DNA of 64,000 nucleotides from a bacterium (GTDB taxonomy: Bacteria > Actinomycetota > Acidimicrobiia > Spongiisociales > Spongiisociaceae): positions 13,609 through 77,608 of the forward strand of contig JAPOQZ010000266.1 of the NCBI GenBank assembly GCA_026710435.1, given 5' to 3'. A model generated the notes under the pieces. It worked only from the letters and a program-made list of their open reading frames with translations, made no database searches and had not been told where the DNA came from. This document shows, in pieces, positions 1 to 9,563 of the stretch. Within the stretch, counting starts at the first letter, position 1. Each line of letters begins with the position of its first letter. The translations under genes were made by a program, and so were the position numbers.

Positions 1-1343
1 TCCAGATGGTTATGGAGGTCCGTGACGATCCACCCGAAGGTTTCCCTGCCGGGTGTCTCCATGGCCAGGTTCACCTGCCCTCCCAGCCGATCCTCCGCTT
101 CGAGCAGCAGGACCCTGTGTCCGGCGCGCCCAAGCCCTTCGGCTGCCTTCAGCCCGGCCGGACCCCCACCGACCACTAGCCAGCGGTGTGGGGCCGCGGT
201 CAACTTCAGGCTCCGGGCGCCGAACTTCCCCTCGCGACCGGTAGCCGGGTTCACGGTGCATGCCACCGCGAGCCCCCGGAACACCCGCGATATGCACCCC
301 TGGTTGGCCCGGATGCAGCGGTAGACCTCGTTCTCGCGTCCTTCCCGGACCTTGTTCGGATACTCGGGGTCAGCGATCATCGTGCGGGTCATCGCCACCA
401 TGTCCGCCTGGCCGGTCCTGACCATCTCCTCGGCCTGTGCCGGATCGTTGAGTCCCCCGATGGCGAACGTGACCAGCCCCGGTACCGCTGCCTTGATATC
501 GGCCGCCATCGCCACCATGTGGCCGCTCGGGACATCCGAGGGGGCTATCTCCAAGCCCTTGTTGAAGCCGGCGGCGGACAGGCTCACGTAGTCGATGTAT
601 CCGCTGTCCCGGAGGGCGGTGACGATGGCGATCGTGTCGCTCACGTCATGGGCCCCTTCCAGGAAGTCGGTCATCCCGAGCCGGACACCCACCACGTAGT
701 CAGGGCCCACCGCTGACCGCACCGACTCGATGATCCTCATCGGGAGCCGGAGGCGGTTCTCCACCGGACCTCCGTACTCGTCCGTGCGGCGGTTGAACAT
801 CGAGGAGAGGAACTGGTGGATCAGGTAGCTGTGGGCGAAGTGGAGCTCCACCCCTTGGTAGCCCCCCGTACGGATGATCTCCGCCGAACTGCGGTAGGAC
901 TCGACCAACTCGTCCATTTCCTCCGGTTCCATCGCCTTGGCCATCTCCGATGGGTGCGGAGAGGGAATGGCCGACGCGCTCCACAACACGCGGGGGTCGT
1001 CGTTCGCGTCGCTGGGCATCATCATCCCCACATGGGCGAGTTGGCCGAAGATGACCGCCCCGTAGCCCTGGATCGCCGCGGTGAGCCGGCGATCGTACGG
1101 GATTCCCTCGTGTAGGTAGGCGAGAGTGGCCCCGCGCTGCGCTCCGGTCGGGTGTACCGGCCGGCTCCCCGTGATCATGAGACCGACGCCGCCGGCCGCT
1201 CTGGCAACCTTGTAGTCGTAGTCTCTCTGCGAAACGAGGTTACGCACCGAATATGCTTTGCCGTGAGCAGTCTGCATGAGCCGGTTGCGAACTGTCGCAT
1301 TGCCGATATCGAGAGGGCTGAACAGGTGCGGGTATTGCGTCAC
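1..1343 (-). CDS. NADH:flavin oxidoreductase, Old Yellow Enzyme / FadH-like with C-terminal FAD domain (runs off the window edge)
   Basis: Manual translation from GTG at 1343 (GGGAG RBS): VTQYPHLFSPLDIGNATVRNRLMQTAH...GVELHFAHSYLIHQFLS...NRRTDEYGG..ENRLR...CIRANQGC...VVGGGPAGLKAA. Absent from the ORF track because the stop is outside the window. Confidence 0.9.
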   Translation of the reverse strand, partial: MTQYPHLFSPLDIGNATVRNRLMQTAHGKAYSVRNLVSQRDYDYKVARAAGGVGLMITGSRPVHPTGAQRGATLAYLHEGIPYDRRLTAAIQGYGAVIFGQLAHVGMMMPSDANDDPRVLWSASAIPSPHPSEMAKAMEPEEMDELVESYRSSAEIIRTGGYQGVELHFAHSYLIHQFLSSMFNRRTDEYGGPVENRLRLPMRIIESVRSAVGPDYVVGVRLGMTDFLEGAHDVSDTIAIVTALRDSGYIDYVSLSAAGFNKGLEIAPSDVPSGHMVAMAADIKAAVPGLVTFAIGGLNDPAQAEEMVRTGQADMVAMTRTMIADPEYPNKVREGRENEVYRCIRANQGCISRVFRGLAVACTVNPATGREGKFGARSLKLTAAPHRWLVVGGGPAGLKAAEGLGRAGHRVLLLEAEDRLGGQVNLAMETPGRETFGWIVTDLHNHL

Positions 1344-1423
1344 GAGAACTCCCAACGGGCCGCTGCGGCACCCGTCAAGTTAGCCGCCCCGCGGTGGGTC
1401 CGCCCGGTCCGGACTCCGGGATC

Positions 1424-2863
1424 ATGAGTGACCGCAGCCTCGCTTGCGACGTCTTGGTGGCAGGTTCCGGGATCGGGGGGATGAGCGCCGCCGTAGCGGC
1501 CGCCCAGGCGGGGGCCGACGTGCTGGTGGTCGAGAAGGACATGACGGTTGGAGGCAACGCCCGCTGGGCGGGAGGCTTTGATATCGAGTCGGACAGCTTC
1601 GGCGGGATGCGTGACGGCAACCCGGAGGGCGATCCCGACCTGCAGAGGGCCTTGGTCCACGACTTCCCCGTGGCGCTCGACTGGTTGCGCTCCTTCGGAG
1701 TCAAGTTGGTGCCGGATCCCCTCAGCCCCGGTCGGTTCAACTACCACCCCCACCAGGGGTTGGGCGGCATTCGCATGTTCACCACTCTTCGTAGCCGCTT
1801 GGAGGCCGATGGTGGCCGCATCCTGCTCGGAACGGGGCTCGCGCACTTGCTTACAGGTGATCGCGGGGAGGTCGTTGGAGCAGTTTGTAGCGGAGACGGA
1901 GGTGTCCTCCGAGTCGAGGCGGGGGCAACCATCCTGGCGACCGGCAGCTTCAGCCGGAACACCGAGATGAAGGTCCGCTACTTCGGCGCGACCGGCGACC
2001 GGACCAGCTACTACGGCTCGCGCCATCACGACGGGGACGGGATCCTTGCCGCGCTAGCCGTGGGGGCGTCGCTCAGCACCGGTGTATCGGTCAGTACCGG
2101 GGGGTGCGTATTCGCTCCGCCGTTCGAACCGCCGGATGACCTGCGCGAGTTCCTGGGAGGGGGGAGCGGGCTCTCTGAGGAGGAACGACGGATGCCGGAG
2201 CCGGTTCCGTCAGGTGTACAGCGGCTCAGCCTCCGCCCGCCGATCTGGGGTGACGAGCCGTCGATCCTCGTGAACCTCGGCGGTGATCGGTACGTCGACG
2301 AGTCCTCCCGATACACGGTGATCGGCTGGGCGACTACCGGCCAGCGGGAAGGTCTGGGTTTCTGCGTCTTCGACCACCCGCTGTACGTGGAGTTCGAGGA
2401 GACCATCGAGGTTGCCCGAGGTTGGGGTGCTCGGATAGTGCAAGCCGACACGGTGGAGGAGCTTGCAGCCCGGCTGGCAGCCTGGCGCGCAACCCCGTCC
2501 TACAACGAAGGCGTCAACCCCCGACGGCTGGTGCGGACCCTCGCCGAGTACAACCTGGAGGCTCGGGGCGGTCGTCTCCACGAGTTGTGGCCACCCCGTA
2601 GAGAAGGTGGCCGACCGATCAACCGACCCCCTTTCTACGCGGCGCCAGTCGTTCAGGGCGTGGTGGACCCGGCCGGAGGGTTGCGCATCGACTCTGATGC
2701 CCGGGTCCTTGATCGGGGTGGAAGGCCCATCGAGGGACTGTTCGCGGCGGGTGCCGATGCCGGCCGCGCCTACACGAGGGAACACGGGGGCCTTGCCTTC
2801 GGTCTGATCTTCGGCCGCCGCGCCGGTGGGAACGCCGCACGCTCGAGCAGCGGAGGCGGTTGA
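1424..2863 (+). CDS. FAD-dependent oxidoreductase (FAD_binding_2; flavocytochrome c / ketosteroid dehydrogenase-like)
   Basis: DVLVAGSGIGGMSAA Rossmann motif, ILATGSF, GGLRIDSDARVLD..G.PIEGLFAAG, FGRRAG C-terminus. Confidence 0.85.
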   Translation: MSDRSLACDVLVAGSGIGGMSAAVAAAQAGADVLVVEKDMTVGGNARWAGGFDIESDSFGGMRDGNPEGDPDLQRALVHDFPVALDWLRSFGVKLVPDPLSPGRFNYHPHQGLGGIRMFTTLRSRLEADGGRILLGTGLAHLLTGDRGEVVGAVCSGDGGVLRVEAGATILATGSFSRNTEMKVRYFGATGDRTSYYGSRHHDGDGILAALAVGASLSTGVSVSTGGCVFAPPFEPPDDLREFLGGGSGLSEEERRMPEPVPSGVQRLSLRPPIWGDEPSILVNLGGDRYVDESSRYTVIGWATTGQREGLGFCVFDHPLYVEFEETIEVARGWGARIVQADTVEELAARLAAWRATPSYNEGVNPRRLVRTLAEYNLEARGGRLHELWPPRREGGRPINRPPFYAAPVVQGVVDPAGGLRIDSDARVLDRGGRPIEGLFAAGADAGRAYTREHGGLAFGLIFGRRAGGNAARSSSGGG

Positions 2864-2918
2864 CGAACACCGGCACGAGAGGCCGGGGTGAGATGGTCTT
2901 GAAGATTGCGGTGACACG

Positions 2919-2952
2919 AGAGAGGCGGCCCCGCTCGGCGGGCCGCCTCTCT
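2919..2952. terminator. Hairpin between convergent genes, likely intrinsic terminator
   Basis: AGAGAGGCGGCCC...GGGCCGCCTCTCT inverted repeat followed by T-rich TCGTTTGG. Confidence 0.65.
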
Positions 2953-2981
2953 TCGTTTGGTCGTTTGTGCTTCCGGTGCCT

Positions 2982-3893
2982 TCAGCGCCCGTACCCGTCC
3001 CATGGGCCGATCGAGCGTGAACGGTTGGGGATACCGGCAATCTCGGGTGCCTGCATCGGGTCGTCCGGGTCGTAGTTATCGGCGATTCCCTTGACGATGA
3101 AGTCGGGCTCGAGCGTCACCCAGTTGATCAGGTCCCCGTCGAGGCGGAAGATCCAGGTGGTGCCCTCTTCGTTGTCGGCGAGGAACGAACCATGCTTGAC
3201 CCGGGCGGGCCGCCAGAAGTAGACGCCGGGGGAGATTGGGCCGTAGTTGTAGGTCATGCTCCCCGACAGGCAGTAGGCCTCTTCGAACACCGGATGGTGC
3301 ATTAGCCGCTCGTCACCCCAGCCGGCCGGAGCGTGGCATACGAAGGTGCGGAAGCCCTTGGTCTGGTAGTTGGGGTCCCAGTCGAAGAAAAGGTCCTTCT
3401 TCTGGAGGAACTGCTGCGTGAGTCCCCTTTCGGGCTTGTTCTGGATGAAGTCCATCTTCTCGGTGTGCATGATGGTGAGCTCACCAGGTTCTTCGGAGAC
3501 CGTGTTACCGCCCTTGGGGACGAAATCGCTCTCGTCACGGTCGGAAATAGAGAAGCCCCAGTCGCCGTACTCGCGGAAAATCAGAACCTCGCTGCCCGAC
3601 TCCACTCGCATGTGCGGGACTCGCAGGCCCGCCGGAGCCCGCCAGTATCCACCCGGCCCGAAGTCGGTGTCGCCCAAATGGACCCGACCCTCGAGGACGA
3701 ACCACTCGGTGTCGGCGCTGTGATAACCGCCCGGGCGTCCCCAGTCGGATTCGAAGAAGACCTTGAAGGATCCTGCCCCGTTTTCCTCGTCGTAGGACAG
3801 GTTCTGTTGGCGTGCCCGACCCTCGCCGCGGGGGAGCTCGGGCGCATGCCAGATGAGGTCCCGCTGATGTACCATTTCGACGTGCGGTCGCAT
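2982..3893 (-). CDS. DUF4437-like bicupin protein
   Basis: MRPHVE start behind AAGGAG RBS; two cupin motifs (GYHSADTEWFVLEG, HHPVFEEAYCLSG...WRPARVKHG); paralog of 13209-13973. Confidence 0.75.
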   Translation of the reverse strand: MRPHVEMVHQRDLIWHAPELPRGEGRARQQNLSYDEENGAGSFKVFFESDWGRPGGYHSADTEWFVLEGRVHLGDTDFGPGGYWRAPAGLRVPHMRVESGSEVLIFREYGDWGFSISDRDESDFVPKGGNTVSEEPGELTIMHTEKMDFIQNKPERGLTQQFLQKKDLFFDWDPNYQTKGFRTFVCHAPAGWGDERLMHHPVFEEAYCLSGSMTYNYGPISPGVYFWRPARVKHGSFLADNEEGTTWIFRLDGDLINWVTLEPDFIVKGIADNYDPDDPMQAPEIAGIPNRSRSIGPWDGYGR

Positions 3894-4009
3894 ATCCACT
3901 CCTTCTCGCACCTTGCAGGGCCGAGTTTCGATTGCCGGAGGTCAGGTGTCAAGCGCGTCTCCGAGAAGGGTCGGCTACGCGGCGCGATCGTCATGGGAGA
4001 GGAGCCAGG

Positions 4010-4351
4010 GTGGGAATCACCGAGCTCACGGAGCAGATCCAGAGGTTTCTCGACTCGGTGCCGGAGAAGGACGATGTCCGGGCATTTTTGAGAGCGGTCG
4101 AACGCGTGTCGGACGTGGCGGTTCCGGTCTACGACGGGCCCGTGGAACTGCTGGTACCTCCGTCGGCAATCATCGGTAACGACGGATCGCCCATCATCAC
4201 CAAGGATGCCACCCGGGGCCAGTTGATCGATGCCGGAACCGGTTTCCGGACCAATGCGGAGAAGCTGATCTCCGAAGCGGGCCGGGCTATGTCAACCGCC
4301 ATCACGCTCGAGCAGTTGGCCGACAGCCTCGCCCCCGGACGGCGCCGCTAG
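4010..4351 (+). CDS. Hypothetical protein (113 aa)
   Basis: GAGGAG RBS before GTG at 4010, protein-like composition, stop TAG within the CTAG flanking the MITE. Confidence 0.55.
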   Translation: MGITELTEQIQRFLDSVPEKDDVRAFLRAVERVSDVAVPVYDGPVELLVPPSAIIGNDGSPIITKDATRGQLIDAGTGFRTNAEKLISEAGRAMSTAITLEQLADSLAPGRRR

Positions 4352-4454
4352 GTGGGTGCTGAACAATGACGATTGCTCGGGCCTGCCGCCCGCCAGCCCA
4401 GGCATTTTGCCGGCGGTTGGCAGGCCGCTGGTGGATTGCTCAGTACCCTCCTAG
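4348..4454 (+). mobile_element. MITE family A copy 1 (99 bp, IS5/IS1182-like ends)
   Basis: Ends G(T/A)GGGTGCTGAAC...CTCAGTACCCTC flanked by a CTAG duplication (4348-51, 4451-54); 5 more copies in the window. Confidence 0.85.
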
Positions 4455-5983
4455 GTGCCCAGCACTCCAGGGTTCATTATCCCGTTCGGGTCGAGGGTTT
4501 GTTTCAGGGACCGGACGTAGTCCGAATAGGTGTCGGAGACGTGACCCGCGAAGTCGTAGTAGCGCCCGATCTGGAAGTTGACGCTGCCATGATCCTGGTA
4601 GATCTGCGCCACATCGTTACGGAAGTCGGAGGCGACCCTTCTAGCCTCGTCGAAACGTCCCCTGCGGCGGGTTATGCCTTTGAACAGTGCTTTGACCGCC
4701 ATTCCTGAAGGTACCTTGCCGAGCATCTTCACGTTGCGGGGATCGAGTACGTAGGCCCTGCGAAGCGGGTCGAGTTCGTCCGGCCACACGATGTTCGTCT
4801 CGACAAGTATCTGTCCCTTGACGGCGCACATAAGGTGGTAGTGATACACGTGCTCGCGTTCGAAGGCCTCCGCGTAGGTCTCGGCCAGCTTGTCGACCTT
4901 CTCGGTCAGTTCCAGCACCGCCGCGAAAGGCACGATGCCATGCACCGGGGCCCACACCTCACCGTTGACCGTTACCAGCGAGGAGGCTATACCACCCACG
5001 AAACCCATGTACGGTTCGTCTCGCCACTTGCCTGCCAGTTCACCGGCCAGTTCCCGACCACCGTGCTGTTTCACGATGTCACGGATAGCGTCGGAATTGG
5101 CCGCCACTACCCCCGCATCCGTTCCCTCCGTGGAGGCGTGCAAGACCTCGGTGGCGCCGGCGAGGAAGGTGTATCCGGCCTTTATAAGGGAGTCGAGCCG
5201 CTTGCTGGACAGGTAGAAGACCTCGGTCGCCAGTCTCGAATGGGCTATCTCCGCCATACCTGCCAGGAGATCGCCCAGAGTGGGGAAGTCGAAACTCATC
5301 GATTGGTGGCCGTGGGGCTCGGGAATCAACTCCAGAGTGGCTTCCGTCTTGACCCCGAACGCTCCGCAGTCCCCGACGAACATACCGGTCAGGTCCGGCC
5401 CGTAGTAGCGGAAGTGACGCCACCCGTCGACATGGGCGCCCGAGCCGGTCCTTATCGCCTCGCCGGTCGGGGTCACCACCTCCAATCCGAGGAGCGAGTC
5501 ACCGACGGTGCCGTATTTGCCGGATCCGTACCAGACGACGTTATTAGATATGCATCCGCCCAGCGTCGAACCCTCACCGGACAGCGGACCCCAGAACGCC
5601 ATGCGGAGGCCACTGTCCTTTAGTGCCTTGTGAAGCTCCAACCACGTGCAGCCGGTCTGGGCGGTGATCGACATCGAGTCGGTGTCGATCTCGGTGATCG
5701 TGTTGAGCCGCGACGTGTCGAGCAGGATCCCGCCCGGGGTGATCGGTGTGTATCCGAGCGTGTAGGAAAGACCCCCGCCCCGAGGGTATACGGGCAGGGC
5801 TTGGTCGTTGGCAAGACGGACGACAGCGGCCACTTCCCCGGTCGTGGACGGCTGGACGACGAGGTCGGCCGAAGCCACCTCTCGCAGGCTCAGGTCGGTT
5901 CCGTAGTACGCCAGATCCTTCTTGGCAGCCGACACGTACCGGTGCCCGACGATCTGCTTCAGGTCGCTTTCCAGTTGCTTCAC
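4451..5983 (-). CDS. FAD-linked oxidase (FAD_binding_4, GlcD / D-lactate dehydrogenase-like)
   Basis: VVQPSTTGEV..V..AN...PVYPRGGG, STLGGCIS, LGLEVVTPTG, DLTGMFVG..GAFGV, LKQTLDPNGIMNPG. Confidence 0.9.
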   Translation of the reverse strand: MKQLESDLKQIVGHRYVSAAKKDLAYYGTDLSLREVASADLVVQPSTTGEVAAVVRLANDQALPVYPRGGGLSYTLGYTPITPGGILLDTSRLNTITEIDTDSMSITAQTGCTWLELHKALKDSGLRMAFWGPLSGEGSTLGGCISNNVVWYGSGKYGTVGDSLLGLEVVTPTGEAIRTGSGAHVDGWRHFRYYGPDLTGMFVGDCGAFGVKTEATLELIPEPHGHQSMSFDFPTLGDLLAGMAEIAHSRLATEVFYLSSKRLDSLIKAGYTFLAGATEVLHASTEGTDAGVVAANSDAIRDIVKQHGGRELAGELAGKWRDEPYMGFVGGIASSLVTVNGEVWAPVHGIVPFAAVLELTEKVDKLAETYAEAFEREHVYHYHLMCAVKGQILVETNIVWPDELDPLRRAYVLDPRNVKMLGKVPSGMAVKALFKGITRRRGRFDEARRVASDFRNDVAQIYQDHGSVNFQIGRYYDFAGHVSDTYSDYVRSLKQTLDPNGIMNPGVLGT

Positions 5984-6042
5984 GACTCACCTCCCTCGGC
6001 GGGGTACCGGTTCCAATGAGACTACCGCCAACCGGGTGTCGA

Positions 6043-6969
6043 TCACCGTCCTAACAATTCGAAGGTCTCGGCCATCAGTTCCTCGTCCCATGCTCCGATG
6101 GCCTGGAGGTAGAACCGGCTGACACCCGCCTCGGCCAAGCGGGCCATCTGCTCCGCCACCTGGTCCGGGGTTCCGTGGGGTAGCGAGCACTCCGCGAAGC
6201 TGGCCTCCAGATCGTCGGGATCCATCCTCCGGTAGGCGGCGCCCTCCTCCAGCCTTTTCCGGTAGGTCGTCCGGTCCGACGCCACGATCGCGGTTCCCAT
6301 CGCGCTTATCCGCACCGCTTCGGGCGAGCGCCCAGCGGCTACGGCGGCTTCCCTGGCCCGCTCGATCCGGATTTCGAGATCGTCGATCGGGACCAGCAGG
6401 GCCAGGTTGTATTCGTCGGCGTAGGTCCCCCCCAGGTAAGGGGACCGCTTGGGGCCGAATCCCCCCACCATCAGCGGGAGATCCCCTGTCGGGGCCGGCT
6501 CGACAGGCTTCGCGTCAAGGTAGTAGTGCTTTCCCGAGAATCCGGGTGGGGCTTTGCCGAACGCGGCCCGCAGATAGCGAAGCGCCTCCTCCAAGCGTTC
6601 CCACCGCTCAGGCCAGGGCGGGTAGGGGATGCCGAATCGTCGGTGTTCCTCCTCCAGCCATCCGGTTCCCAAGCCCAGGGTGAAGCGACCGCCGGACATG
6701 TGGTCGATGGTCGCCGACTGCTTGGCGAGAACCGAGGGGTGACGGAAGGTGATCGGGCTGACGAGTACCACCAATTCGATGCGCTCGGTAGCTCGGGCGA
6801 GCCCGGCCAGGATGATAAGGGTGTCGTAGAGGCCAGCGTCCTTACCGGCCATGGTGTGCACCAGGTAGTGGTCCGCCCGAGCATACGCAGCCAAGCCCTG
6901 CTTCTCGGCCCATCGGGCCGCGGTGACCGCCAAGCTGTAATCACCGCCCACCTGTATTCCGAATTCCAT
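6043..6969 (-). CDS. LLM-class (luciferase-like) flavin/F420-dependent oxidoreductase
   Basis: ADHY, LAGLARATERIEL..LVSPITFRHPSVLAK..ATIDHMSGGRFTLGLGTGW..EEH. Confidence 0.9.
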   Translation of the reverse strand: MEFGIQVGGDYSLAVTAARWAEKQGLAAYARADHYLVHTMAGKDAGLYDTLIILAGLARATERIELVVLVSPITFRHPSVLAKQSATIDHMSGGRFTLGLGTGWLEEEHRRFGIPYPPWPERWERLEEALRYLRAAFGKAPPGFSGKHYYLDAKPVEPAPTGDLPLMVGGFGPKRSPYLGGTYADEYNLALLVPIDDLEIRIERAREAAVAAGRSPEAVRISAMGTAIVASDRTTYRKRLEEGAAYRRMDPDDLEASFAECSLPHGTPDQVAEQMARLAEAGVSRFYLQAIGAWDEELMAETFELLGR

Positions 6970-7264
6970 CCGACCCTCCGGCTGTGAGTCATCAGCATCT
7001 GGGGGCTGATGCTACGGCAAAGGGAGAAGATCGGTTCCACCGACCGGTGGGGCAACCTCCATTCCTGTCATTCGGCGTCCTATTCGAGCGCAACGCCGAC
7101 ACCTCTGCTAGGACCGCCTTGTACAGCAGCTCAATCGCAGTGGTGGCGTGGGCCGCAGAGTCCTCCCAGTCGCACTGCTCATCACACGCAAGGGCATGAT
7201 GGGCTCGTGCGCTGCTACAGAGAGGCCGTGAACTCCTCGATCGTTTGGTCAGGTGACGAGACTC

Positions 7265-7472
7265 CTAGCCCTGATTCTTCATGCTTCCAGACACACCGAC
7301 TGCAGCATGCCACATCAACCACATCATCGCGACCGGGCTGGGCTTCACCTAAGGGTGCAGGTCGCGCCGGGCCGATACGATACAATCGACGGGGCCGTTA
7401 TCCCTGGTCAGAAGCAGATATCGACACGCCGTTCGCCCCAGTACAAACCCCCGCGTGAAAAATCGGGGCTAG
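7265..7472 (+). mobile_element. MITE family B copy 1 (200 bp, IS1380-like ends)
   Basis: Ends CCCTGATTCTTCATG...CGTGAAAAATCGGGG with a CTAG duplication (7265-68, 7469-72). Confidence 0.85.
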
Positions 7473-7638
7473 CCGAATACCTCTGGCTGCTCAGCTCTCC
7501 TATTCGCTCAAGCAGCTTGGTCAAGGGAGAAGTGGCACGACAGGCGATGTCGATCCTGGCCTGCCAGTCCAACTACTAAATCTGTATCAACTAGTAGGCT
7601 TTGTGCATTGATCTGAGTTTCCTCGAAGCTTGAGCTAC

Positions 7639-8976
7639 CTAGATGTCCCGCGTGAGGATGTCGACGAGTAGATCGGACGGGTAGAACCAGAACTGACGAC
7701 CAACGGTGTGGTGTTCCAGGAACTCGCGGGACTCTAGGTCGAGCAGATCTACCCGAGCCGTCTGGTAGGTGACGTTGTGGCTCGCACGGTGGCTTTCTAT
7801 CGTGTAAGAGCCGTCCGGGTGGCGGAGAGCATGGCTCAACAGAGCCAGTTGGCGGTGGTTGAGGCCGGGGACCTTCCGGAGGACATGCTCGACCGAACGG
7901 AGTTCGTCCGTCTTGCGTTCGAGATAGGCGAACAGGTGATCTATCGCCTTGCACAGCACATCGAGTTGATGCAGCAGGAAGTAGGTGAAGTCCGCATCGT
8001 CGGTCTCCACGTAAAGGAAGGCTCGGCCGTACTGGGCCGGCGCCTTCCGCAGGAGAGGTGAGATGGAGATGAACTCGGCCAGCCAGTAGTCCTGGCGCAG
8101 CAGTGATCGGTAGAACAGGGCTCGGGCGGTCCTACCGTTTCCGTCAACGAACGGATGAACGTATGCCAGGTAGAAGTGCAGAGCGATGGCCCGGATAACG
8201 GGGTGTACGAACGGTTGCTCGCCGACCGTGTTGCTCCACTCGACCAGGTCGCTGAGCAGGTTGTCGAGTTCTTCTGCGGGTGGAGGGCGGTGGAATACGA
8301 CGTCTGGATCGTGTGGGTGGCCGATGTCGACCCGCTTGTCTCCTGGCTGCTGGAACCGTCCTGCGTGATCGGGGTTGGCCAGAGTTCCCTCAGTCACCGT
8401 GCGGTGGAGATCCTTGACCATCTCGATCGACAGAGGGAGCGTCAGGTCCTGGGTGATCTGCTGCATGGTGAGGTAGTTGTTGACGACCATGCGCTCGGCC
8501 CGGGTGCGGGGTCTCCTGCGTGACCGAAGGAGGACCTTGGCCTCGCGTCTCGTGGTAGCAGCCCCCTCCAGAAGGCTCGATCCTATGGCCTCTTCCATCA
8601 GCGAGGTGACTACGTACCGGTCACGGGTGGCCGGGTTGGTGATCGCGTCCGGCGCCTCGACCCAACCGGCGGCATGCCGGTCGATCTTGTGGATCATCTC
8701 CTGGGCTTCATCGGTGAGGATGTAGTCGAACCTCCGTCCGTTCACATCCGTGAACGGCAACTGCTTGCGTCCTGCGGCCCGCGCAACCTTGAGTGCAAGC
8801 CACCACTCCTCGACCGAGAGGCCATCGGGCGATGGACGCCACCGGAGTTCGTCCCAATGAAGGTAACGACCGCCAACCGTGGAAGCACCGATGTGCTTCA
8901 GAACCGCCGAGGACCGCTCCGGGGGCAGTTGGGCGATCAGGGTCTGTACCGAAGGAGCGCTCTGAGGGACCTTCAC
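7639..8976 (-). CDS. Fic family protein with C-terminal HTH
   Basis: Canonical HPFVDGNGRTAR Fic motif; SSLLEG autoinhibitory (S/T)xxxE(G/N) motif; C-terminal wHTH-like segment (VTYQTARVDLLDL). Confidence 0.93.
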   Translation of the reverse strand: MKVPQSAPSVQTLIAQLPPERSSAVLKHIGASTVGGRYLHWDELRWRPSPDGLSVEEWWLALKVARAAGRKQLPFTDVNGRRFDYILTDEAQEMIHKIDRHAAGWVEAPDAITNPATRDRYVVTSLMEEAIGSSLLEGAATTRREAKVLLRSRRRPRTRAERMVVNNYLTMQQITQDLTLPLSIEMVKDLHRTVTEGTLANPDHAGRFQQPGDKRVDIGHPHDPDVVFHRPPPAEELDNLLSDLVEWSNTVGEQPFVHPVIRAIALHFYLAYVHPFVDGNGRTARALFYRSLLRQDYWLAEFISISPLLRKAPAQYGRAFLYVETDDADFTYFLLHQLDVLCKAIDHLFAYLERKTDELRSVEHVLRKVPGLNHRQLALLSHALRHPDGSYTIESHRASHNVTYQTARVDLLDLESREFLEHHTVGRQFWFYPSDLLVDILTRDI

Positions 8977-9077
8977 GTCTCTAGATCCTCCTGCATTTAC
9001 TAATTACATCTAGTTTAGTAGACAGAGCACCCATGATCTACTTATTCTTTTCTATTAGTACTGTTTACCTAGTTGAT

Positions 9078-9280
9078 CGTGGTCGGTCTGCGTTGCGGGC
9101 GGCGCGCTCTGGACCGCCATCCACGCCTCTGGCTGCTTCCTGCCTCCTCAACGTACCCTGCGGGTACGCCTTCGTCGGCAAGTCCTTGCCATAGACGCCG
9201 CTTGCGGCGCCATATCCCACCGCCGCCCCACAGACCAACCACGGGAGCCGTGGTTCCAAACGACTGTGCGTAGCGTGAAC
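9078..9280. repeat. Repeat family C, longest copy (palindromic element)
   Basis: Imperfect inverted repeat CGTGGTCGGTCTG / CAGACCAACCACG, internal hairpin GTACCC-TGC-GGGTAC, tail ...GACTGTGCGTAGCGTGAAC shared with 15137-15186 and 63438-63469. Confidence 0.55.
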
Positions 9281-9285
9281 CCGCC

Positions 9286-9469
9286 CTAGCCCCGACTTTT
9301 CGTGCGGGGGCTTGGACTGGGCGAGCAGTGGCGTGGGATATGAGCTTCTGACCAGGGACTACGGCCATCTCCACAGTCCCGTCTCGGCCCCCCGGCACTG
9401 GGGACCACCACATCATCGCAGCAACCCCCCACAAACAGGGCACCTTCAGTATGAGTGAATCAGGGCTAG
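9286..9469 (-). mobile_element. MITE family B copy 2 (inverted, internally diverged)
   Basis: CTAG-CCCCGACTTTTCGTG...TGAATCAGGG-CTAG; internal GAGCTTCTGACCAGGGA is the reverse complement of the family core. Confidence 0.8.
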
Positions 9470-9563
9470 TTTGTGGTCCGAGGGCTGTCGGACTTCGAAT
9501 GGTCTCGGGATCCGGCTCCTACAATCAGCTTCGGTCTTGAGGAAATCTCGACGGGAGGACCAC

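Noticed and set aside
7570-9077. Short inverted motifs flanking the Fic gene (ATCAACTAG/CTAGTTGAT, CTACTAAA/TTTAGTAG)
   Set aside because: They are only 8-9 bp and not in mirrored order, so they do not form convincing element ends.
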